DNA of 64,000 bases from Lysobacterales bacterium (GCA_045106555.1 JBGCET010000014.1:114164-178163), one strand, 5' to 3'; positions 18,231 to 25,513 are shown, counted from the first letter of the stretch. The notes: a model not told the origin generated them from the letters alone. A program made the numbers and translations.

Positions 18231-19058
18231 ATGGATGGCTCAATCAAGGCACCGACACCGATGAAGAAAGGTTTCCCTCTGGAGTTTATTTATCAGCTGT
18301 TTGCGCTGTTGCTGTCCGTGCTGATTGTGCACACGGTGTACGTCACTGTGGTCAGACCGGCAGCGGCAGAAATCATGGAGCAGCAGGCTCAGGCCATTGC
18401 CGCAGATCCTGACTACGTGCCAGAACGATCGGTTTATGTGTTGGTCCGGGATTTTGAACAGGAAGCGTGTTTCATCCTGTTGTTCTGGGCGCTGGCAATT
18501 ATGGCGTTTAAGGCCAGCCGAGGCATGCGCGAACGACGCTTGCTTGAACAAACCCTGATGCCGGTCGGAGAGGGAATCAGCATCCTTCCCGAGGACACCC
18601 GAGAGTACTCCCGCCCACTACAGGCGCTGCCTGACGTACAGCGACGGTTTTTGCTGCCCAAAGTGCTGCTCACCGCGCTGCATCGATTCCGTTCAACCCG
18701 GGATATTCAAAGTGTAGCAACCACAGTGCGGGAGCTGTGTGAACAGGAAGCTGACCGGCTGGAGTCCGAACTTTCCATGGTTCGATATATCGCCTGGGCT
18801 ATTCCTTCCATTGGGTTCATCGGGACAGTCCGCGGTATTGGCGAGGCGCTGGCCCAGGCTCACAAAGCCGTAGAAGGTGACATCACCGGCGTTACTGACA
18901 GCTTGGGTGTGGCGTTTAACTCCACCTTCATCGCCCTGGTGTTGAGTATTGTGCTGATGTTTCTGATGCATCAGCTGCAGCTCATGCAGGAACGCCTGTC
19001 TCTGGACGCCCAGGAGTATGCGGAAGACAACCTGATAGGCAAACTGCGTGAGTCTTGA
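18231..19058 (+). CDS. MotA/TolQ/ExbB proton-channel family protein
   Basis: 275 aa with about 4 hydrophobic helices. The signature IAWAIPSIGFIGTVRGIGEAL resembles the TolQ/ExbB PxxGLxGTVxGI helix. An alternative start is the ATG at 18261. Confidence 0.75.
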   Translation: MDGSIKAPTPMKKGFPLEFIYQLFALLLSVLIVHTVYVTVVRPAAAEIMEQQAQAIAADPDYVPERSVYVLVRDFEQEACFILLFWALAIMAFKASRGMRERRLLEQTLMPVGEGISILPEDTREYSRPLQALPDVQRRFLLPKVLLTALHRFRSTRDIQSVATTVRELCEQEADRLESELSMVRYIAWAIPSIGFIGTVRGIGEALAQAHKAVEGDITGVTDSLGVAFNSTFIALVLSIVLMFLMHQLQLMQERLSLDAQEYAEDNLIGKLRES

Positions 19059-19094
19059 AATCATCGCCGTTGACGTCGACAGGGAGGGCCTGCT

Positions 19095-20489
19095 GTGATT
19101 GGCGTCATTGAACTCAACGACGCGGGTCTGCTGGTGGCTGGCGACGGTGCCGAATTGCTGGAGAGTCCCGGTTACCTGGCTTTCGATGGCAAACAGGTGC
19201 ACGTGGGCAGTGCCGCCGCGCAGCGGGTGAAGTTAATTCCTACCCAGACGCACTATGCGTTCTGGGAGTATTTCGGCAGCGATAACCGACCCACAGGACA
19301 ACTCCCGCAAAAAGGGCTGACCCAGGCCGATTTGGCCCATCAACACCTTGACCGACTGTGGCGCATTGTCGGCAAGGATCTGCAGCAGCTGGTGATTTGC
19401 GTACCAGCGGATTGGCAACGCCAGGAACTGGGTCTGCTGCTGGGTATTTGTCAAAACCTGAAAATTCCGGTGAAAGCCCTGGTGAACTCCGCCCTGGCCG
19501 CCAGCACTCAGGCGCAACCCGGGCGCACCTTGATGCATCTGGACCTGCACCTGCACCGTCTGGTGATCAGTACCCTGGAGCAGGGACCTTGGCTATCTCA
19601 GACAGCCGTGGAGAGCACCCGCGAGGTGGGCTTACTTCGGTTGCTGGACGGCTGGGCGTTTGCCGCCGCTGGGGCGTTTGTCCAGGCCACCCGCTTTGAC
19701 CCGCTGCATCAGGCGCAAACGGAACAGCAATTATTCGATCGACTACCGGCTTGGCTGGACGCTGCCAGCAACAGCCAGCAGCTGGCGTTGAGTATTGAGC
19801 ACAACGATGCCATCGTAGAAGCGAGAGCACCCTCGCAGATCTTTTTCGATGCGGCGCAGCCGCTGTATCGACGGATGGCTGAGTTTGTCGCAAAGGCATT
19901 ACCCAATGGCCAGCAGGTGACGTTATCCGTAGGGTCTCGCCTGGCCTCATTGCCTGGCGTCCTGGAGTCGCTGACGGCATTGCCGAAGGTTCAGGTGGTC
20001 TCGGGTAATCGAATGGATTTTGCCGGCGTCCTGAATCGACTTTATTTGCCCCGCGATGCCGGTCGCAGTGGTAGTCAGACGCAGGCGGTCAACGTGACCC
20101 GCGTGCCATGGTTCAAGTCGGAAGACCTTGCATCCCATGAATCTGCAAAAAATGATCGTCAGAGCGCAGCCCCCAGTCACCTGCTACACCACCACACGGC
20201 TTACCGGCTGGAACCAGGGAGAGAGTTCAGCGTCGGCGCCAGCGTGGCTGAAGGACGGGGTTTGTCACTGGGCGGCAGCGCCGGCCAGAACTTTCGACTG
20301 CGCGGCGAAGACGAAGGTTGGTTGTTGGAAGATCTCAGTGGCGGCGCGACGTCAGTCAACGGCGAACGCCTGGAAGGGCGCAGACGGGTCGTTGCTGGTG
20401 ACCGAATTCGTATTGGCAGCCCGACCCAGGAGTTTGTGTTGATTGCGGAATCCACCACTAAAGTGAAGAGCGCCAGTGGCTCGTCGTAA
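19095..20489 (+). CDS. degenerate Hsp70/actin-fold (ASKHA) domain protein with a C-terminal FHA-like domain
   Basis: 464 aa with a GTG start. IGVIELNDAGLLVA, LVICVPADWQRQELGLLLGICQNLKIPVKALVNSALAAS, LMHLDLHLHRLVISTLE and VTLSVGSRLASLPGV align position-by-position with the Hsp70 phosphate, adenosine and connect motifs, but the catalytic Asp/Gly/Thr residues are substituted. The C-terminal WLLEDLSGGATSVNGERL...AGDRIRIG is FHA-like. Confidence 0.65.
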   Translation: MIGVIELNDAGLLVAGDGAELLESPGYLAFDGKQVHVGSAAAQRVKLIPTQTHYAFWEYFGSDNRPTGQLPQKGLTQADLAHQHLDRLWRIVGKDLQQLVICVPADWQRQELGLLLGICQNLKIPVKALVNSALAASTQAQPGRTLMHLDLHLHRLVISTLEQGPWLSQTAVESTREVGLLRLLDGWAFAAAGAFVQATRFDPLHQAQTEQQLFDRLPAWLDAASNSQQLALSIEHNDAIVEARAPSQIFFDAAQPLYRRMAEFVAKALPNGQQVTLSVGSRLASLPGVLESLTALPKVQVVSGNRMDFAGVLNRLYLPRDAGRSGSQTQAVNVTRVPWFKSEDLASHESAKNDRQSAAPSHLLHHHTAYRLEPGREFSVGASVAEGRGLSLGGSAGQNFRLRGEDEGWLLEDLSGGATSVNGERLEGRRRVVAGDRIRIGSPTQEFVLIAESTTKVKSASGSS

Positions 20490-21567
20490 GCGCAATTTCA
20501 ACGTCTTCAATCTGTCGTTTTTGGACATCATGTCCTGCGGTTTCGGCGCGGTAATCTTATTCTTCGTGATCATCAATCACGCTCAGGATGAGCGAAATGA
20601 TGACTTGACTGCGGATCTTTCCGGCGAAGTCTCGCTGGTAGAAACCGACCTTAAGCTGGAACAGCTGAATTTGGCAAAATTGCAAAACGCGCTAGCCGAA
20701 GTGGAGGAAGAGATCACCACGGCACAGGGTGCCTCAGAGCGACTGCTGGAAGACGTCAGCGAATCGGAAGAAGAGTTGTCGGATCAAGATGAAGATACCG
20801 CGGCCAAGCGTGATCACATGAACCAGCTCATTACCGACTTAAAGGCGCTAGAAAAAGAGCGAGAACGCCTCCAGCAGTTAGAGCTGGAAGGTGGTAAAAG
20901 CGTGCGCACCTATACCGGCGAAGGTGACCGCCAGTACCTGACGGGGCTGCGAGTTGGGGGTCGTCGAATTGCCATTTTTGTGGATGCCTCTGCGTCAATG
21001 CTCGATGACACTATTGTCAATGTCATTCGTCGCCGCAACTTACCCGATGAGCAAAAACGCCTGGCTGATAAGTGGCAACGGGTGGTTCGCACGGTGGATT
21101 GGATTACCACGCAGGTGCCAACGACCGCTAAATTTCAGGTTTATTACTTTAATACCCAGGCCTATCCGGCGCTTGAGGGTACCGAAGGACAGTGGCTGGA
21201 CGTGGGTGATGGTCGCCAGCTGGACGAGGCGGTCGACCGCATCCGAAACACCATCCCCACAGGGGGCACGCGTCTGCATTCGGTAACCGAGACTATATTC
21301 GCCATGGACCCTCTGCCTGACAATGTGTTCCTTTTGGTCGACGGTTTGCCCACCCAAGGTCTGAACCCGGCCACCAAACGTGGCGCCGTATCGTCGCGAG
21401 ACCGGGAGCGGTTTTTTTATGATGCCACGGCAGATTTGCCTATCGGGGTGCCGGTCAACACCATCTTGTTTCCCATGGAGGGTGACCCCAAAGCGGCCAG
21501 CGGTTTCTGGCGTCTGGCTATCTTGAGCGGCGGCTCCTTCATTACACCGGCGAGGGACTGGCCGTGA
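20476..21567 (+). CDS. TolR/ExbD-like N-terminal TM helix - coiled coil - vWA domain protein (paralogue 1)
   Basis: 363 aa. A GTG start overlaps the upstream gene by 14 nt. The N-terminus is MARRKRNFNVFNLSFLDIMSCGFGAVILFFVII, with Asp17 at 20524-20526. An acidic heptad-rich segment follows, then a vWA domain with MIDAS DASAS (20983-20997). Confidence 0.7.
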   Translation: MARRKRNFNVFNLSFLDIMSCGFGAVILFFVIINHAQDERNDDLTADLSGEVSLVETDLKLEQLNLAKLQNALAEVEEEITTAQGASERLLEDVSESEEELSDQDEDTAAKRDHMNQLITDLKALEKERERLQQLELEGGKSVRTYTGEGDRQYLTGLRVGGRRIAIFVDASASMLDDTIVNVIRRRNLPDEQKRLADKWQRVVRTVDWITTQVPTTAKFQVYYFNTQAYPALEGTEGQWLDVGDGRQLDEAVDRIRNTIPTGGTRLHSVTETIFAMDPLPDNVFLLVDGLPTQGLNPATKRGAVSSRDRERFFYDATADLPIGVPVNTILFPMEGDPKAASGFWRLAILSGGSFITPARDWP

Positions 21568-22562
21568 GTCGTCGCAAACGCCCAATTGAGCAAATCAGTC
21601 TGTCGTTTCTCGACTGCATTTGCTGCGGCTTCGGCGCAATCATCTTGCTGCTGGTGATTGTGAAAACTGCAGAGCCAATGATCATTGAGGAATCCCGCGA
21701 AGATTTGAGCGGCATATTGGCAGACCTGCAGGAACAGCTGGTAGAGATTCGTGGGGAAACCACCGTTCTCAACCGCGACCTGCAGACCCGGGAAGAACAG
21801 TTGTCGGAAATTACCGACCGCATCGCCCGCCTGAAGACCCTGCTCTCTACCCTCAGGTCGGAGTTTGAATCTTCGTCGGATCAGGCAGAGGCCATCACCT
21901 CGATTGAAAACCAGCTGAGCCGGGCGCGCCAAGAACTCAATGAGCTGCAGGAAAAGCTGAACTACTCCCGCTCGCTCAATGACACGACCGTCGGGGGCAT
22001 TCCAGTGGACAGTGAATACGTGATATTTGTGATTGATACCTCTGGCAGTATGCGCAACTTTGGCTGGGATCTGCTGCTGGACAAAATCATTGAAACCCTG
22101 GACGTTTATCCCGAGGTTAAAGGCATTCAGGTGATGAATGACATGGGTGAATACATGTTCTCCCGTTATGCTGAGCGCTGGATTCCCGATTCGCCGGGTC
22201 GGCGCAAAGCGATCATTGATCGCATGAAAACCTGGAGCGCATTTTCCAACTCCAGTCCGGTAGAGGGCATTACCAAGGCCATTGCTCGGTTTTACAAGCC
22301 GGGTCAAAAGATCTCAGTTTACGTATTTGGCGACGATTTTTCCGGCCGCTCAATCTCTCAGGTGATTGAAACCATTGACAAGATCAACCAGGAAGATTCT
22401 GCCGGTAATCGTTTGGTACGCATCCATACCGTCGGATTTCCGGTATGGTTTACCGCTCCCAGATCCCAGCAGGGGTCCGTGGAGCGCTTCGCCACCCTAA
22501 TGCGTCTGCTGGCGGAGAAAAACGGTGGGACCTTCGTTGGATTGAATTCTCACCAGCCTTAG
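21564..22562 (+). CDS. TolR/ExbD-like N-terminal TM helix - coiled coil - vWA domain protein (paralogue 2)
   Basis: 332 aa. GTGA overlap with the upstream stop. The N-terminus is MSRRKRPIEQISLSFLDCICCGFGAIILLLVIV, with Asp17 at 21612-21614. A coiled coil follows, then a vWA domain with MIDAS DTSGS (22035-22049). Confidence 0.7.
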   Translation: MSRRKRPIEQISLSFLDCICCGFGAIILLLVIVKTAEPMIIEESREDLSGILADLQEQLVEIRGETTVLNRDLQTREEQLSEITDRIARLKTLLSTLRSEFESSSDQAEAITSIENQLSRARQELNELQEKLNYSRSLNDTTVGGIPVDSEYVIFVIDTSGSMRNFGWDLLLDKIIETLDVYPEVKGIQVMNDMGEYMFSRYAERWIPDSPGRRKAIIDRMKTWSAFSNSSPVEGITKAIARFYKPGQKISVYVFGDDFSGRSISQVIETIDKINQEDSAGNRLVRIHTVGFPVWFTAPRSQQGSVERFATLMRLLAEKNGGTFVGLNSHQP

Positions 22563-22595
22563 TTCACTCTGTGTCTTTTTTTAGGGACCAAACCC

Positions 22596-22874
22596 ATGAG
22601 CCGAGCATCTGCACGCCACATTCTGGTGGCCACCGAAGAAGATTGTCTGAACCTGAAAAACGAGATTGAAGGCGGCGCCGATTTTGCTGACGTTGCGCGT
22701 CAGCACTCAAGCTGTCCCTCTGGCCAGCAGGGCGGGGCCCTGGGTGAATTTGGTCCAGGCCAGATGGTGCCGGAATTTGATCAAGTGGTTTTCAGCGCGC
22801 CAGTGGGTGAGCTTCAAGGGCCGGTAAAAACCCAGTTTGGTTTTCACCTGCTGGAAGTTACCGAAAGAAGTTAG
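22596..22874 (+). CDS. ppiC: peptidyl-prolyl cis-trans isomerase C (parvulin)
   Basis: 92 aa. ARHILV...ADFADVARQHSSCPS...GGALGEF..GQMVPEFD...GFHLLEV is a typical PpiC-type parvulin. Confidence 0.9.
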   Translation: MSRASARHILVATEEDCLNLKNEIEGGADFADVARQHSSCPSGQQGGALGEFGPGQMVPEFDQVVFSAPVGELQGPVKTQFGFHLLEVTERS

Positions 22875-22884
22875 TTGACGGTCG

Positions 22885-22907
22885 AAAAAGCCATCATGGG
22901 CTTTTTT
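22885..22907. terminator. putative bidirectional intrinsic terminator
   Basis: The stem AAAAAGCC (22885-22892) pairs with GGCTTTTT (22899-22906) around a 6-nt loop. An A-tract and a T-tract flank it, and it sits between the convergent ppiC and GST genes. Only 3 of the pairs are G:C. Confidence 0.4.
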
Positions 22908-23020
22908 GACATCGAGCAGAGGAACGGTGTTTTCCCCTGTTCTCTCCCGTTCGGTGGCTTGCATTAGCCACCGAGCGCAACGGCAATTCCCTGAGCCGAG
23001 GCCGCAACGGCAGATAGGAA

Positions 23021-23650
23021 CTAGAGCTTCGCGGACGGTCTGGCTGATACCTTGTCGTGCCAGCGTTGCAGGTGGGTCTGGTCTGCACCGATGCCCAATT
23101 TGATTCGCTGGGCAAAATCGACCACGCACAGACCGCTGATATCCGCCATAGTGAACTGCTCGCCTGCAAGATATGGCGATTGTTCTAATCGTTCATCCAG
23201 CTCCGAAAAAAACCGTTGTGCTCGGGCTCGCCCTCGTTCTACAAGTTCGGGTACCTGTGGGAATTTCTGTGGTCCGGTGACCGAGCGACCAGCAAAAAAC
23301 TTTGAGAAATTTCGGTAGGATTCGGCAATCGCCGAGAAGCCTTCAAGCACACAACGATCATTCCAGTTAGCCACCAGTGCTTTTTCCTTGGCGCTGTTGC
23401 CCAGCATGGCGGGTTGCGGCTGGATGTCCTCCAGATAAACAGCAATCGCCGTGTTTTCGGTGAGCGCGGTGCCGTCGTCCAGCAGCAACACCGGCACAGT
23501 GAGGGACGGGTTAATTGTGGAAAACGCCGGGTCGAACTGACCGCCTTTTCCCAGGTCAACTTCTACCGTCTCGATGTCCAGGCCCTTTTCAGCGATCAAC
23601 ATGCGCGCACGGCGGGGACTGGGGGCGGGAGTACAGTCAAAAAATTTCAT
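23021..23650 (-). CDS. glutathione S-transferase family protein
   Basis: 209 aa. Thioredoxin-like N-terminal domain (SPRRARMLIAEKGL...VPVLLLDDG) followed by a helical GST_C-like domain. Confidence 0.85.
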   Translation of the reverse strand: MKFFDCTPAPSPRRARMLIAEKGLDIETVEVDLGKGGQFDPAFSTINPSLTVPVLLLDDGTALTENTAIAVYLEDIQPQPAMLGNSAKEKALVANWNDRCVLEGFSAIAESYRNFSKFFAGRSVTGPQKFPQVPELVERGRARAQRFFSELDERLEQSPYLAGEQFTMADISGLCVVDFAQRIKLGIGADQTHLQRWHDKVSARPSAKL

Positions 23651-23671
23651 CAGAGCGTTCCGTTATTGGCG

Positions 23672-24514
23672 TTATCGTGTAGGGCTGTAATATCGGGTCA
23701 GATAGGTGCACAACCCATCCAGTCCGGGGAACAGCACCCGTTCGTTGATGTTGGATTGGTCCAGCTTATCGCGAATTTCCCATTTCATTTCCGCCGGAAT
23801 GATGATTTTCCGACACACATCCTCGGCCGGGGAAAACCATTGATCCATGGAGATTTCCGGGTTGGACATTACCGAAAACAGTCCGGACTGATTCACAATC
23901 CGTGCGTCCAGCGAAGGAGGCTCAATAAACACCACAAAGGGGTTGTCTCTCTGGGTGTCGAAATCGTCCAGGGTTTTTACTTCTTCATGCAGCATCCGGG
24001 TAGTGAATACCCGAGCACTGGCATCGCGTAGACAGTCCATCAAGCCTTTGGACAGGTGTTGATTGGTGGCCACAAAATTGACACACCAGATGGCTCCGTC
24101 GTGGTCAAATTTGTCGGTGTGGTCGGTACAGAAATTCAGCGCGACGTAGGGCGAATAGGTCCAGTCCAGCAGGCGTGTCGGCAGTCCATGGTGTTGGGCC
24201 AATGCCAGCCAGTTCCAAATATAGGCCTCTTCATGCATTTCCAAGTGGGCGTATTTTTGAAAACTGCGCAGAATGTGGGGTTCCAGGCTCGCGTAGTTGC
24301 CCCCCAGTCGCATCAATGTGGTTTCCAGTCCGTAGCGGGCGTCTGACACGCCCCGGTAGGCGTAATTGGACCGGTAGCGGCCGATGTGGGGGTGTATGGG
24401 CTCATCAAACAACACCTCATTTAAGTGCGCCCAGTTTTCGACTCTGATCTCTTCAATGGCCATAGCAGGTCTGTGAATCAATGGTCCATTAGTATATCCC
24501 CGCGGTGGCGTCAT
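23672..24514 (-). CDS. FRG domain-containing protein
   Basis: YRGVSDARYGL, the (F/Y)RG motif, together with AQHHGLPTRLLDWTYSPYVALNF. This matches the FRG domain pattern as I recall it. An alternative start is the ATG at 24463. Confidence 0.7.
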   Translation of the reverse strand: MTPPRGYTNGPLIHRPAMAIEEIRVENWAHLNEVLFDEPIHPHIGRYRSNYAYRGVSDARYGLETTLMRLGGNYASLEPHILRSFQKYAHLEMHEEAYIWNWLALAQHHGLPTRLLDWTYSPYVALNFCTDHTDKFDHDGAIWCVNFVATNQHLSKGLMDCLRDASARVFTTRMLHEEVKTLDDFDTQRDNPFVVFIEPPSLDARIVNQSGLFSVMSNPEISMDQWFSPAEDVCRKIIIPAEMKWEIRDKLDQSNINERVLFPGLDGLCTYLTRYYSPTR

Positions 24515-24592
24515 CCACAGTGCCGCGGCATTGCTCTGCGCCGATCGAACCCGCTAAAGTTGATCCCTCGCCCTCACTGATCGAAAACGCTA

Positions 24593-25306
24593 ATGACCGG
24601 CTCCAATGAAAGCAATCAATTTGTCATTCCCGCGCCTCCCCGGAGCGCAGTGGCAGTGGCTTCCTCAGACCGAATGTTCCCGGTTCGTCGTATTTACTGT
24701 GTGGGCAGAAATTACGCTGAACACGCCCGGGAGATGGGCGGAGATGATCGGGAGCCGCCGTTTTTTTTCCAAAAGCCCGCTGACGCGATTTTGCCAAGTG
24801 GTTCGGCTTTGCCCTATCCGCCGCTAACTCGGGATTTGCATCACGAGGTTGAACTGGTGTTAGCACTGAAGACCGGCGGACGCCATATTGATCAGACCCT
24901 GGCCCATCAGCACGTTTACGGATTGGCGGTGGGGATCGACTTTACCCGTCGTGACCTGCAGGCCGTTGCCAAGAAGGCCGGAAAGCCGTGGGAAATTGGC
25001 AAGGCGTTTGATCACTCGGCTGCAATAGGCGAACTGATGCCAATCGGGTCCGAAGGTTTGCCCACCGGTGGCGCTATTGCTTTGTCAGTGAATGGTGAGG
25101 AGCGTCAACGAGGGGATATCGCCGATATGGTGTGGGGCTGTGCAGAAGTCATCGCCACCCTTTCGACCCACTACACCCTGGCTCCCGGAGACTTGATTTA
25201 CACCGGTACGCCGGCCGGCGTTGGAGCGGTGGTATCTGGCGACGAGGTGGTTGCGCAAATTGAACGATTGGGACCGCTAAAGATTACCGTTACGGGTCCG
25301 CAGTGA
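24593..25306 (+). CDS. fumarylacetoacetate hydrolase family protein
   Basis: 237 aa. IYCVGRNYAEHAREMG, HEVELV, DFTRRD and GDLIYTGTPAGVG are typical of the FAH family. Confidence 0.9.
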   Translation: MTGSNESNQFVIPAPPRSAVAVASSDRMFPVRRIYCVGRNYAEHAREMGGDDREPPFFFQKPADAILPSGSALPYPPLTRDLHHEVELVLALKTGGRHIDQTLAHQHVYGLAVGIDFTRRDLQAVAKKAGKPWEIGKAFDHSAAIGELMPIGSEGLPTGGAIALSVNGEERQRGDIADMVWGCAEVIATLSTHYTLAPGDLIYTGTPAGVGAVVSGDEVVAQIERLGPLKITVTGPQ

Positions 25307-25342
25307 AGCGGGTATGCATAAGGTCAATCTGCACGCTGTTAA

Positions 25343-25483
25343 AATGATGGGCTCTCCGCTGACACCGCTCAGGGCACTTGGTTCGGCGGCGTCAATCGCG
25401 ATGGCGAGGGTTTGCTGATTGACGTGCTGAATAACGACCAAGCGGTGATTACCCTGTATACCTATCGCCCGCTATTGCCTTAG
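25343..25483 (+). pseudogene. start-less remnant of the AWFD-GEG domain found in the C-terminus of the FG-GAP protein
   Basis: Manual translation gives NDGLSADTAQGTWFGGVNRDGEGLLIDVLNNDQAVITLYTYRPLLP*, bounded upstream by an in-frame TAA (25340-25342) with no start codon. It aligns with GAWFDPARGGEGILLDL...FFSWFTYS and RAWFDAQRSGEGIMIEV...FASWYTYQ at 51.5-52.0 kb. Confidence 0.55.
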
Positions 25484-25513
25484 TGACCCTTTATCTGGGT
25501 TTGAGCTCAGAGG

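Noticed and set aside
21417-22307. A 296-aa minus-strand ORF (and 21040-21585, 181 aa) across the two vWA genes.
   Set aside because: The plus-strand frames carry paralogous TM/coiled-coil/MIDAS architecture and coupled start/stop codons. The antisense products show no motifs.
18231-22562. Classifying the MotA/ExbB-like cluster as Tol-Pal, TonB-ExbBD, a flagellar stator, Zorya or a T6SS accessory module.
   Set aside because: - Tol-Pal: no TolA/TolB/Pal or CpoB.
- TonB-ExbBD: no TonB anchor or TonB-dependent receptor adjacent.
- Flagellar stator: no OmpA-like PG-binding domain or flagellar genes.
- Zorya: no ZorC/ZorD-like nuclease or helicase.
- T6SS: no TssB/C, Hcp, VgrG or PpkA-type active kinase.
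- Bat/MoxR: no MoxR ATPase or DUF58, so the Bat/MoxR-vWA system also does not fit.
22596-22874. ppiC as a twelfth member of the candidate operon.
   Set aside because: It is co-directional, starts only 33 nt after the last vWA gene and precedes the only terminator-like hairpin, so co-transcription is possible. However, PpiC is a widespread housekeeping parvulin, so I do not count it as a system component without conservation data.
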